Shown here: positions 24,810-38,354 of the stretch, piece after piece
Numbering within the stretch: the first letter of the stretch is position 1
Layout: each line of letters opens with the position of its first letter
DNA from: Octopus bimaculoides
Lineage: Eukaryota
Direction: 5' to 3'
NCBI RefSeq assembly: GCF_001194135.2
Contig: NC_068982.1
Location: forward strand, 117,220,692 to 117,284,691
Length of the DNA stretch: 64,000 nt
Made by a program: the position numbers and the translations under genes
The notes under the pieces: generated by a model
The model's input: the letters and a program-made list of their open reading frames with translations, nothing else
Database searches by the model: none
What the model was told of the DNA's origin: nothing

Positions 24810-25433
24810 TAGGTTGCTCAAAAGGTCTTTCCGTCGTCAGTATTTTATTGCAAAATAAATATTTGTAAGATGGTATAAGACTACAAATGAATATATTAGA
24901 CTTTACAAGACTTTAAAAAAACTTTACAAGAAGTGCTGAAAGTGTGTCGTCCTTCATTTTCAATACATAACATTTAATTTCTTTTTTACTGCCGTGTGAG
25001 CACTTCCTAGGCTGATTTCCGTTTCCTGTAACAATTTACATAAGGACTTTGACGGTCTTGCTAACAGTTTATCAGAAATATGGGGGTGTTTCGTCTGATC
25101 GAAGCGTAGGCCTTTCTCTTGTTGCTGCGTCTTCCACTGAGATTGTGTTTCTAAAGTTTCTTATCAAATCCCACACATTGTAATGATGTGGAACAACAGT
25201 ATTTGAAAAAGTTTCACTGAACTTCTGTTTCACAGTATACGCGCATTTATTTCCAGCTCGAAACACCCATTCAACTAAAAACGTAATTTCTTCAATGGTT
25301 AGCATGTCGACATGCTGGAGGGTACACAATGACTGAGCGACAATGGCTGACACCCAGCCGCCCACGCAGTGATAGCCAAATTGCGCATGCCCAGGATGAA
25401 AAATTTCACTGCGGCGAGACTTTTTGAATCCTG
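24810..25433 (-). mobile_element. Internally deleted Tc1/mariner transposon (DUF4817-type N-terminal HTH)
   Basis: Minus strand: MLTIEEITFLVEWVFRAG..TVKQKFSETFSNTVVPH..VWDLIRNFRNTISVEDAATRERP, then KSLCKLLQETEISLGSAHTAVKKKL, jumping to a C-terminal CIENEGRH relic. Degenerate TIRs caggattcaaaaagtctcgccg / taggttgctcaaaaggtctttccg with TA on both sides. Confidence 0.82.
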
Positions 25434-25489
25434 TATAGGAATATGTATGTACGAAATTCCTCGTTATTTTAAATACGCTATTCACAGCA

Positions 25490-25665
25490 TTTCTTCTTCT
25501 TCTTCTTCTTCTTCTTCTTCCTGTTCTTCTTCTTCTTCTTCTTCTTCTTCTTCTTCTTCTTCTTCTTCTTCTTCTTCTTCTTCTTCTTCTTCTTCTTCTT
25601 TTTCTTCTTCTTCTTCTTCTTCTTCTTCTTCTTCTTCTTCTTCTTCTTCTTCTTCTTCTTCCTCC
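25490..25665. repeat. (TTC)n microsatellite
   Basis: Visible directly; source of the poly-S/poly-E ORFs. Confidence 0.98.
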
Positions 25666-26654
25666 TTTGTCCTCACGTCCTACAATTCATCCTTCGTTTT
25701 TGGTATCATGTTTATCGGAAATCAATACTAATGATCTGATAAAAATCATTATCGAAACATTATCACCTCTATAAATGTGTGTTTAAAATACACTAGCTAT
25801 GCTGCTACAGCAATAATTAATGATTTTTAAATCCCTCTCCAGTTTCACAATAATATCAAACATATATCATGGCATAATAACTTCAGCTACGCTATTAATG
25901 ACATGTGATATTCAGCAAGCGTTATATAGCATAGAACTATGTTGTTATTAAATCCTTTATAGAAGATAAACAAAAATTGCATAGGATATGGACACACTCA
26001 CGCACGCACGCACACACACACGCACGCACACATATGTGTGCATTTATGTATGTATATGCGTGTGTTCATGTATGTGTATGTATATATTCCTTCGTGTGTC
26101 AGTGGATGTGTGCGCCTGCATACATATATACAGAAATTTTCCTTTTCATATGTTCATAATTATTTTGTACATATGTATTGTGTACATGTGTGTGGGTGTG
26201 TATGTGTGTGTGTGTGCGTGTGTGTGTGTGCGTATGTGCATATGTGTGTATGATTGAAAACGTTGGTGTCACATGTTGGAGGAACTAGAAGTACACTTTA
26301 CCTTTTAATGAGTGTATATGTTGTATATATATCATAATTAATTAATCAATTAATTAATTAATATAAGATTTCGGAGTTCCGTTGTTTCATTAGTCCAATT
26401 TCAGGAAAACTATTTCATGTGTGAAACGTGCTTTGTGATGTGCAAAATCATACGAATACATGCACGTTAAGGATAATATATATATGGATGCACATATAAG
26501 CACAAAAATATTTTTGCACGAATAGACAATAAATACGCGCACACTCACACAGACACATCGGCGTATAATATGTAATAACATTCATACATATATTCATGCA
26601 TACTTACATACATATATATATGATACACATATATGTATATGAGGTGAAAGATGA

Positions 26655-26812
<158 letters not shown>

Positions 26813-27061
26813 TACATATCAGTATATATCTGTGAACCTGAACTCGAATATATGCACACAAAAAACTGATAACCACGCTGACAAGAACGTATGCACTATA
26901 GAGCTGCTTCAAGCCTAGAAACACACATGAAGCGATATATGCTTTTTCATTAAAAGACGCTCACACATTAACAACGCACATAGTAAAGCATTTACTCATG
27001 CAACCTGAAGTTCCTCTAACTGCATTTAAATCAAGGCGGATATACAAAGTCCTACATCCAT

Positions 27062-27108
<47 letters not shown>

Positions 27109-28074
27109 TATATATATATATTCGCGCAAAACTCATACATTCACCTGCATTAATACGCACATCTATACACTTAGCACGCATACACATATGCTTTTAAACA
27201 ACCATGTACACACACACACATCTATTGCACTCTCTCACAGATATACACATAAAATTTTGAAAGACATAAGAGACAAAACCAGTCGTCTACACACACACGT
27301 GCGCACGCACTTCCAAACACAGAACCATATACATAACCACACATGCACGCATGCACACAAGTAACTAAACACACGCATACAAACGTGAACACATATAACT
27401 GTTGTGCACACACAAATACTTATACATTCAAGTATACAGATATTCCGCTACCATATAATTATTGTTTTATAAACAATGAATACAGACATAAAACGGTTTG
27501 TGATAATATTAGTGGTAGGAATTGTTTATTCCCCCCTTGATATCTTTAATGTTTTCAATATCGGCAGCATGTAATCCAATGTCTTTATTTTACAAAATGA
27601 CCAAATGTATAACCTTTCTCTTCTTAAACAGACGTGATATCTATCCGACTTTAAATTTCACTCGGTATATTCCATCCCCACCTCTCTCTTTCTTTCTCAC
27701 TCGTCTTTGTCTCTAGGCTTTTTTAGTCTTTTACTTTACGACCTTTGATGCAGAAATTATGAGAATGATTTCGAAAAATAACCATAGACACCTTCTGTAT
27801 AAAACTTAATATAAAAGAAACATTAGGATAAGATGAGTATTTGTGTCATAAGACAAGACGAAACAAAATTTAATTCCTTAAAACGCATTTCAGATAAAGT
27901 GTATTAGTGATTGAGTTCTCCCCTGCGCGGTACAGATAAACACTAGCACGTTGCGGCCAAATTAGGTTTTGTTAGCAAAGAATTTAACTGATATTACCAG
28001 ATTTTAGAATGATCAGGGAGAAATTACAGAAATTGAAAGTAAGTAGCCTAAATATATGTTTTCATAATTATTCT

Positions 28075-28490
28075 TTTATTCTCTTACTTGTTTCAGTGAT
28101 TTGACTGCCGCCATGCTGGAGTACTGTGTCAAAGGGTTTTAGTCGAAGAAATCCATCACATGATTTATTCTTGGGCAAGTGTCTTATACTACAGCCGACC
28201 AAAGCCTTGTGAGTGGATTTGGTAGACGGAAACTGAAAGAAGCCCGTCGTATATATGTATATATATGTGTGTTTGTGTGTCTGTGTTTGTCCCCCCAACA
28301 TCGCTTGACAACCGATGCTGGTGTGTTTACGTACCCGTAACTTATCGGTTCGGCAAAAGAGACCGATAGAATAAGTACTAGGCTTACAAAGAATAAGTCC
28401 TGGGGTCGAGTTGCTCGACTAAAGGCGGTGCTCCAGCATGGCCGCAGTCACATGACTGAAACAAGTAAAAGAGTAAAAGAGTAAAAGAGA
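28075..28490. mobile_element. Inverted fusion of two headless SINE family B pieces
   Basis: 28075-28172 is the minus-strand 3' end of family B (ctcttacttgtttcagtgatttgactgccgccatgctggag). 28170-28490 is the plus-strand body from ttgggcaagtgtc to the (GTAAAAGA)3 tail. Confidence 0.88.
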
Positions 28491-28854
28491 TATGAATATA
28501 AACAAATTACAGAAGACTTCCATCAATTTGAGATAAAAACGATCAAAACCAACTAAGTTTGCTCACTCATAAAACCAGTACATGTACACCGCCAGCTAAT
28601 TGATTAAAATAAAGGCGGGATCTATACCAGTAATATCGGTGCGCCCAGCAAACCGTGACGTTTAAGCTCCTTGAGGATTGGTCAAAGTCGTATTCGAAAA
28701 ATCCAGTTTGCTGGAGCTTTATAAGAGGTATAATTAGGAAGAAGTCAATCATTTTACTACAGTTGTCAAAAACTCAACTCTCAGTTAAATACATTTTGAA
28801 ATCTGATAATTACTACGAACGTATGAAAGCACAAACTGAACTTTATGAACATTA

Positions 28855-29285
28855 CAAAATGTTATAAAAGATTTAGAACCCGAGGAGAGCTACAAATACC
28901 TAGAGATGCTTGAAGGGGACGGAATCAGACATTCAGTGATGAAGGAAAGGATAAGAAGAGAATGTTATCGCAGAGTGAGAGCAATACTTAAGACAGAGCT
29001 GAATGCAAGAAACAGGATTGAAGCGATCAATGCATTAGCCATACCAGTCGTGACTTACAATTTCAATATCATTAACTGGTCAATTACTGAAATATGTAAT
29101 CTTGAGAGAAAAAAATACGAAAACTGCATAGAATGCGCGAATCTAAGGCAGATATAGAACGACTTTATCTGCCAAGAAAAGAGAATAGCTGTGGAGATTT
29201 ACAACTGGCATTAACAATGAGGGATTGCCACAATTGATCTAGACACCTGCATGAAAACCTCTGAGGACTGGATGTTAAAACTTAA
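28855..29285 (+). mobile_element. R4/Dong-type RT C-terminal fragment
   Basis: VIKDLEPEESYKYLEMLEGDGIRHSVMKERIRRECYRRVRAILKTELNARNRIEAINALAIPVVTYNFNIINW..KADIERLYLPRK. Confidence 0.9.
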
Positions 29286-29634
29286 CTCAAACACACACAC
29301 ACACATATTCGGCAACGAACGGACGTCCCGTCCTTTTTGTGGGACTTTCCTATTCAAGTGAACAAGTATTTAGAAAATAATAGGATAGGTCGAACATAAA
29401 AATTATAGATAAGGAGAAGCGAAGTTATTTACTAATCGACCCATCACGCCCGTTTGACTCCAGGATCGAAAAGAAAGAGAATGAAAATAAAAAATTCAGA
29501 ACCCGTAAAATTTGAAATAGGAAGAATTTGGAGTATGAGAACTGAAAAGTTGTGGATAACTAAAGTTAGAGTAATGACCCACCACTCACATAAATCCTAC
29601 CAGAAATAAAACCGAATCTGAGTCATTTAAAAAA

Positions 29635-29846
29635 TAACAAAGGTTCCAAGTTTTGACACAAGGCCAGCCACCTCAGAGGAGTGGGTAAGTAGATTAAATC
29701 GACCCAGCACCGAACTGCAACGTATTTTATTGAGCAAGAAAGGATGAAAAGCAAAGTCGACCGCAGCGGAACTTAAAATATAAAGACGGATGAACCGCTA
29801 CTCTTTTTGCCCGGCGTTCTAACAATTATGCCGGTTTTCTGCCTTA
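29635..29846 (-). mobile_element. SINE family A copy
   Basis: Reverse complement contains ggtcgacttt gcttttcatcctttc and ggccttgtgtcaaaacttggaacc. The head abuts the TAA tract. Confidence 0.8.
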
Positions 29847-30100
<254 letters not shown>

Positions 30101-30434
30101 ATATTATACACAGATATGGTTGTGTGTTTTTATTGACTTGTACGTGTTGAGCGAGCCTATATTGGTTATTGTTAATGTAAATTTNNNNNNNNNNGTTTAG
30201 ACGTAATAGGAGTAAAGCCAAAAGGAAAGTTGGTACAATAGTGGTGCCTTGGCGAATGGGGTGACCAAATAGGCATATAAGAGGACATACGTCATTGTAC
30301 TTCTGATGACAGAAATAAAGAAAATATAGTAGGTTGTCAGTGGGTCAGGTGCTGATATTCTATAGTGAATTTTTTACTATGAATGTGCCTAGCTGTATTA
30401 CCTTGAAGGTGTGTGAAGAATTTTAATTTTTGAT

Positions 30435-30745
30435 TTCAGTTTCTGGCACAAATTCAGCAATTCCAAGGGAGGGGTAAGTGAAGTGCGAAGAAAAATGGAC
30501 CTTGGTGTCATTTAAACTCAGAGAGTAAAGTCGCAAGAAATGTCTGTGTCGATCTTGTCCGGCGCGGTAGTGCCGCCTTGAGGAAATTTAACATTGGTTT
30601 CAAACTTTGGAACAAGGTCAGCTATTTCGGAGGAGGGGGCAAATCTATTACATCGACAACAGTGTTCGACTAGTACCCGGAAAGCATTAAAGGCAAAGTC
30701 GACCTCTGGAGAATTTGAACTCAGAACTTGAACATTACGATACAA
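30435..30745 (-). mobile_element. Two tandem SINE family A copies
   Basis: Two successive tail-to-head series (ggcacaaattcagcaa... and ggaacaaggtcagc...aaggcaaagtcgacctctggagaatttgaactcagaac), the second with a clear B-box complement. Confidence 0.75.
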
Positions 30746-31167
30746 TTTTAGTTGTTATGTATGTGGTGGTAGTGCCGTCAAATACTATCATGTATTTTTC
30801 CACTTACAGTTAAGCGCATGTGAAAAATTTCCGACGTTTCTGATATTTCACTCCAACAACTTTTTCTTTATTATATATATATAACCACAAAAGTCATATC
30901 CATACAAATATTTAAGGGCAATAACAAGAAAAAAAAATCAGCAATCTCCTGAAAAACGTAGTTATTCATCTGTAATTAATATGTTAGTAATATCTTATTC
31001 CTTCAATTTAGAAATATTCCTGGGGTTTGAAACGTCAGGGACATCCTATTTATTACGGAAAACTAACGTATTCAATTGCTTCAACCATTTATGTTTACTA
31101 TTTGTTGGCACAGTTTCTAATTTCTTTCCTCGTATACTACTGTTTCCCTTTAATGTAATATATGCTT

Positions 31168-31330
31168 AATACACAAAGAAAATTGTTTATCTAATGTCGA
31201 AATTGAATTGAATAATATAGAAAGGAAACTATTTAATATCAAAATTAAATTGTTTAATGTGGAAAGAAAATCGTTTAAAATAGAAGGGAAATTGATTAAT
31301 ATAAAAACTAAATTGCTTAATAGAAAATAA
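31168..31330 (+). repeat. Degenerate 21-bp periodic repeat reading as a heptad (N-I/V-E/K-x-K-L-x)
   Basis: Units start at 31168, 31193, 31214, 31235, 31256, 31277, 31298 and 31319, translating to NTQRKLF / NVEIELN / NIERKLF / NIKIKLF / NVERKSF / KIEGKLI / NIKTKLL / NRK*. Confidence 0.8.
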
Positions 31331-31669
31331 AATAACATAATGTAATGGAATTAATTGTCTGAGAGATCACGACCACTCCAACATATTCGTACACTTGTTG
31401 GAGCAAATAAGAAATATTTTACATCGATGCATTTACATATAGAAGCAGCTATTTTAGTAATATCCTGTATGAATATGCAATTGTGGTCAGTAGTCACACC
31501 GGAAATGTTGATCTAAAACTGAAATCAAATAGACATAACATTATCCAAACCCGTTCAATAGAATGATTTCAGAATTAAAAGTAACAGAACATTCATTCAT
31601 TATACAGTGACCTATACATTTATTAATTAGTATTTTGAATATATTTATTCTAGCTATTCACATGTAATA

Positions 31670-31810
31670 TCAGTGGAGTAACAGAAACGGTACAGTGACG
31701 GCTGAAAAGCCTTGTGATATTCAACTACACAACGTTAAGTTCTGAGCTAAAACTCCACGAGGAGCAATTCTAGGCTTCACTTTTGTACTCTTGGTAAAAT
31801 AAGTACAAAC
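31670..31810 (+). mobile_element. Old SINE family A remnant
   Basis: gttctgagctaaaactccacgagg..ggtaaaataagtac matches the family A B-box region and core, with many substitutions. Confidence 0.45.
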
Positions 31811-32169
31811 TTGATCTAAATATTTTTGTAAGTGTTATTTGCATCTACGTACGGACGAGTCTATATAACTATGTATGTGTGACTATGTTGAATGGGGTAT
31901 ACCTGTGCCTCTTTATTAATGTAGATATAACCTTCTTATGGATGTGCGCGTTATTTATACATTGCCTGTCACTCAAATATGGAAATAATTTTCTCTCACC
32001 TGCAAATGAAATAACACCATTCTCAATTTCTTGTGGGGCTTCGTTAATTTATTTTAGACCAAAGTCCGTGTGGTTAGAGGTACAGCAATGCAGATATTTT
32101 ATCTCTGTAAGGGCTGTGTTCCCTAATACAATAGAACACACGAAGAGTTTTCAATATTAATTATATAAA

Positions 32170-32580
32170 CTAGACGTCGAAACTGGCGGAATTGTTACCG
32201 CACTGGGAAAAATACTCAGCAGCGTATCTTCCGAATTATTGTTCTGAGATCTAATGCCATTCATCATTTAGAATTCATAAAACAAGTACCAGGTGAACAG
32301 TGGGGCTGATGTAATTGGCTTACCCTTCCCCCGAAATTACTGGCCTTGTGCCAAATTTTGAAACCAATATTGTGGCGATCTAACATCCGCGACGGGCAAA
32401 ATGCATAGCAGTATTCCGTCCATCTTAACTTTCTGTGTTTAAAATCCCGCAAGTCGACTTTGGCTTCCATCCTTTTGAGATCGTTAAAATAAGTACCTGT
32501 TGAGCACTAGAGTCGATTCAATATATGTGCCTCTCACTCGAGCTTGCTATCCTTGTCCAAGAATTTGAAACGTATATTAT
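32170..32580 (+). mobile_element. Two tandem SINE family A copies
   Basis: The first ends ggccttgtgccaaattttgaaaccaatatt (about 32370) and is followed at once by gtggcgatct...aagtcgactttggcttccatccttttgagatcgttaaaataagtacc. Confidence 0.8.
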
Positions 32581-35500
32581 ATGTATTTAAAAGCAGTTGT
32601 ATAACATTTTCTTTGTTGACAAATCATAATTAGTATATGAGCCGACCATTTACACAGACATACACGCAAATACGCACGCACACACACACACAAGCACACA
32701 CACACATACACATACACACACACATACACACACACATACACACACACACAAACATATATGGAATCTTTTTCAATCAAATTCTCGATTTATTTTAGAGGAA
32801 TTCGAATAAAATATTTAATTTTCAAAGTTTGCTGCCTTTGATTCTATTTTATGTAACTGTGTTGATGAATCAATGCCATCGTCAACTCAGGTCACTACGA
32901 TAGTCTTTCCTTCATAGAAAACTAAAACGTCATATCACTACTCTAATTCCAGATAAGACATCAGTCTTATACGATATTACACCAATCTACTGTTTTATAT
33001 ATACATTTTCGGTTGAGCGGTCAGGCGCAATATGAAATAAATTGCTTATCTTCAGAATAAATCGTGCAACCTGGTAGAAGTATCTAACGTGCAGAGATAG
33101 ATAAAAAGAAAGACACAAAGACAGAGAGTTCTGGTAAGTGAATGAAAAGAAAGGGGAACTCCAGCTTGTATCAGTCCACAGGACACAAGGTAAATTTGAT
33201 TCATGCCAGATTTACGCCACCAACATTGAATAGATACGAAACGGTTGTCCTTTATTTTGAAACCCCAATACATGTTTGCATAAAAGGCTTCTTCTTAAGA
33301 TATTATTTGCTAAGAATGAATGACTGGATATTCTCCAATTTGATGAAGTTACATTAGATCATTTTAATTTTAAGAGAAAGTAATTAACCGTTTTACAGGG
33401 AAAATAAAAAAAAAACACAATAGGCAGTCACATTGAAAAGAAATCAAAAAATATAAGCTTAAACCATTTGTTCTGCTTTGAGTATCTAACACACACCACC
33501 CTATGATTTTCTATCGAATTGTTTGCTCTAATTCATTGGAGTTTTATATAAATTCATTCTCTATCTCATTTGATATTCATATCTCGTTTGCAATTCCCGA
33601 GCGAGTTCGGACTCTTTTAAAATTAACAAAACATTAAATATGATTTTTTTCTGAAATAAAGTATTTAATAGTATATGACAGTTTAATTAAAGACTTCATG
33701 AAACAAACAGTGGATAATTTTGCAGTTTCATCACCACATAGTTGCTGACTCACAGAAATCCGTTAGATATTTACGCTATTTACCATAATACTGTTTCTTT
33801 TCATATATTTAATTTAAATCAATAGTCCTGAAAATCGTACACTTTTGCAGACCAATCACGTAATATGCCAAGCCGCAAAGACTTTTAAGGATATGGGACT
33901 TGATTCCTTGGATATTCCTTTTCTATTAATGTTATTATACATTTTGTATTAATATATTACGTGGAGTTATGCCTTTCAATTAGCATCCCACTATTTACAA
34001 TAGAAAACTATTGAGTAGTGTTGTCCTTAATTAACATATGTTAGCATCATTTTGGAAGAGTTATGACTGAAATACTTTTGATATTATTTCTGGTCAAGAA
34101 CGACACGCCTCTCATATTATAATTATCAATCACGTCATTGCTTAACTTTCGATGTATTATACAATTCCTAAATTACGGCATATATTGTTGGTATTGAAAC
34201 GGCACAATGTGATAGGTTGAGTTGATGTCAGTCAACTTATTTGGATGGTCATGGTTGTTATGCTGCTGATGATGGTTCTGATAACATTGATCAATATAAT
34301 CATCATCTATCTATAATTTATTGTAATAATATCATCGATAATATGAGTATTGGTGATTATGTTGGTCCACGAATAGAATTAGTGGTTCAATGCGAACTAT
34401 TGTGAAGTATTCTTTTCTCAAATGCAATATTGCTTTTCTTCGTAAAAGGTTGATACTGACTGCGTTACTGCAAGGAAAGAAGACAGTGCCGTAGACATAT
34501 TGCAAGGTCTCCGAGACTAATGGCTCGAATGACTACAACAGGGTGTAATCCGCAAAGGAACCTAAGGTGCTGACTGGCGGTGTAAAAACCTGGTAACGGT
34601 TTAAGACAACTACCCAACTATTGAAATTGTCATTGACACTTATCAAGTCGTCAGCTCCGATTATTTAGACCTATTATCAAAGGCTTCGTATTCGTGTCCG
34701 TCAAGTATTTTTTTTATTTACCATCAATCTAGGACCACATTATACAATATTCTATATTTTAAGAGAGCGTATTATGAATTGACTAATAATTATGACAGCC
34801 TGTGCAACCACACAGATGGAAATGTTTATGGCTATAGTGATAGTGATGTGGTGACACAAGTGAATAGACTAAGGTACGAAATCGGGATTCAGTTCATGTT
34901 TATTCAAAGATATATGGAATAATTATTGCCAGACTTTTATAGATCTATCTACAAAATGTTAAGATAATTTTGCAGAAAGCTTCCATAGATTTACTGCAAC
35001 ATTTGCAATACATTCTAAACGGGCTCTGATATATTTAGCATAAGTGCTAAACACAATCTGAACTAGAAGGTATTGATGCAATCTACAAACCAACAATTAT
35101 TTACACTAATACGCTCTGCCTACATAAATGAAGGATGAAATATATATANNNNNNNNNNNNNNNNNNNNNNNNNNNNNNNNNNNNNNNNNNNNNNNNNNNN
35201 NNNNNNNNNNNNNNNNNNNNNNNNNNNNNNNNNNNNNNNNNNNNNNNNNNNNNNNNNNNNNNNNNNNNNNNNNNNNNNNNNNNNNNNNNNNNNNNNNNNN
35301 NNNNNNNNNNNNNNNNNNNNNNNNNNNNNNNNNNNNNNNNNNNNNNNNNNNNNNNNNNNNNNNNNNNNNNNNNNNNNNNNNNNNNNNNNNNNNNNNNNNN
35401 NNNNNNNNNNNNNNNNNNNNNNNNNNNNNNNNNNNNNNNNNNNNNNNNNNNNNNNNCATACATGTATTTATGTATATATGTGTGTATGTAAAGGGGAGGA

Positions 35501-36689
35501 AGTATGTATGTATGTGTGTGTGCCTGAAATAAATCGTTTCTTATTGAAGAAGTCGAACTAGATAAATCTATAAATAATAGCATGAAAGATATTGAGCAAA
35601 GAGAACACTTGGAATGGAAAAAAAAACTATAGCTGCCTCTGGAAATTGGAACCATAACTTCTGTAAAGATGACAAACCTTCTATTATTGCAGTATATCTA
35701 CATTTCTAAATTCCGTCAAGCAATTTTAGAAGCTTCTTTCTCACCAGTGAGTATTACATGTTGATTATGTTATAAGAATTTACAGACTTCGAAACATATG
35801 AAATAAATCGTTTTTAACGATGGAAGCATCGAAAATACTTGTTAAAGAACTTGTTAAAAGAAATCGAAATGCGCTGCTGCTCATGCATTAGTGTCCTCAT
35901 GCAGTCGTTTTTGTCTTGTGCGTTTTCCTACGCCGCACAGAAGAGTATTTCTTTCCATAGAGAGACGCGAATACTATTTACTCTTTATTCATGTATTGCT
36001 GTGCATATCTACTTGTAATTGTATTAGCTCTGGTAGTTTCAATATTCCATTCCACTTTCAATGAATATCCGATGCCACTTTCATCCATGGAACTTTCAGC
36101 ATGTTGATTAAAGGGGAGGCGAGTAGCTTGTGCTCAGTGTTATTGGTCCATTTTTTTTCGCAGTGTCAACCAGTCATTTCTTGATGCTTTTCGGACCGTT
36201 GGACATGTGTCAGTAGTAAATGATAATAATAAAGAAAAACCCTTCGAAAATCAAAGAAAGAGAAGAAAACTATGGACAACTTCTTCGAACCGTCAGCGTC
36301 TCTAGACAGATTATAATTTAACATTTATACTAATAATTAGTTTTGTAAGAAAATACCTAAGTGACAACATGGAAAAGCTAGGGGATAGTCAACTATCTAA
36401 CACGCACTGCAGAAACATAACCTGTAAGTTCAGCAAATGAAGTTGTTATTTACACTTCAAGGATGGAGCTGTGTAACGTTGTAAAAAACCTGCTACTTCC
36501 GTAAAAGATTTCAAATTTTTTTTTTAAATAGAAGAGACCTAACCTGAATATATCATATGTACACACACACACACAGACACACACACATGCATACTGTGTT
36601 TTAGTGTTTGCACGTGTGCATGCGTGTATAAATGTATGTACTTAGGCATGTATATATACATAAATATATAATATGATTTTTCTTCTATT

Positions 36690-36894
36690 TTATTCTTCTA
36701 TTCGTTTGAGTCATTTGGCAGCGGCCATGCTGGAGCACGGCCTTTAGTCGAATAAATCGACCTCAGGACTTAGTCTTTGTAAGCCTAGTACTTATAATAT
36801 CGGTCTCTTTTGCCGAATCACTAAGCTACCGAGATATAATCACACCAGCATCAGTTGTCAAGCGATGTTGGAGGGATAAACACAGACACACCCA

Positions 36895-36938
<44 letters not shown>
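36690..36938 (-). mobile_element. SINE family B, 3' half, ending in its internal (CA)/(TA) microsatellite at a gap
   Basis: Colinear with 57217-57433 (gcggccatgctggagcac..ctttgtaagcctagtactta..cacaccagcatc..gtcaagcgat). Confidence 0.9.
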
Positions 36939-37306
36939 NNNNNNNNNNNNNNNNNNNNNNNNNNNNNNNNNNNNNNNNNNNNNNNNNNNNNNNNNNNNNN
37001 NNNNNNNNNNNNNNNNNNNNNNNNNNNNNNNNNNNNNNNNNNNNNNNNNNNNNNNNNNNNNNNNNNNNNNNNNNNNNNNNNNNNNNNNNNNNNNNNNNNN
37101 NNNNNNNNNNNNNNNNNNNNNNNNNNNNNNNNNNNNNNNNNNNNNNNNNNNNNNNNNNNNNNNNNNNNNNNNNNNNNNNNNNNNNNNNNNNNNNNNNNNN
37201 NNNNNNNNNNNNNNNNNNNNNNNNNNNNNNNNNNNNNNNNNNNNNNNNNNNNNNNNNNNNNNNNNNNNNNNNNNNNNNNNNNNNNNNNNNNNNNNNNNNN
37301 NNNNNN

Positions 37307-37343
<37 letters not shown>

Positions 37344-38062
37344 TCACCATCGATAATACACACGGCCGGTGAGTTGATGTTGATACTACCCATCGAAACA
37401 TTGGCTGGTTATCAGCCACCCATACACAACCGATCATACGCAAACTTACAGAATCAATACATCGAACATGCAATTTCCTATTTTTGTTTACCTGTTTGCT
37501 ATCATTATTTAAGTTCTCTATGTTTCATTGATTTATTATTTTTTGTCATATTTAGCTCTGTCGTTAGTTTCCTTTCTGAATCTTTGTCAATAGTAACTGC
37601 AGGAGAAATACAAGAGTCCATATCCTGGCCTCTATTGAGATTGTTGATGACCCAAACTGGCTAATAAACACTGCAAGAGGTTTCCATGAATTTTATTCTT
37701 CTGGTTATTGAATCATGCGAATGCATTAATCACTCCTGCCAAAGGTTTAATGTGAAACTCCATAACTTCGACAACATGGTTGCTGTGATACGTTGAACTT
37801 TATATGTGCCTGCATATATCGATTACACATGAGCTGTGCATGATTGATACACACACATATTACATATATGCAAGGATATATATATNNNNNNNNNNNNNNN
37901 NNNNNNNNNNNNNNNNNNNNNNNNNNNNNNNNNNNNNNNNNNNNNNNNNNNNNNNNNNNNNNNNNNNNNNNNNNNNNNNNNNNNNNNNNNNNNNNNNNNN
38001 NNNNNNNNNNNNNNNNNNNNNNNNNNNNNNNNNNNNNNNNNNNNNNNNNNNNNNNNNNNNNN

Positions 38063-38103
<41 letters not shown>

Positions 38104-38317
38104 TTGGGTGTGTGTGTGTATGTGTGTCTGTATATATATATATATATATACAAGCACACACACATTCATGCGTATGTGATTGCATATTATCCTTTATATT
38201 AATATAAATGTATAAATACATAAAGATGTAATTTCATGCTGACATATGTCGGAACATGTTCACACACTCATAGGCACACACACACATACATACACACACA
38301 AACACATAAGTGTGTGC

Positions 38318-38354
<37 letters not shown>

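Noticed and set aside
33056-33133. 78-nt segment with a strong acceptor and gtaagt donor
   Set aside because: All three frames contain stops; a non-coding exon cannot be supported without RNA data.
37373-37408. gttgatgttgatactacccatcgaaacattgg, a possible second Penelope-type hammerhead relic beside (TA)n
   Set aside because: The core and stem II are too degenerate to distinguish from chance.
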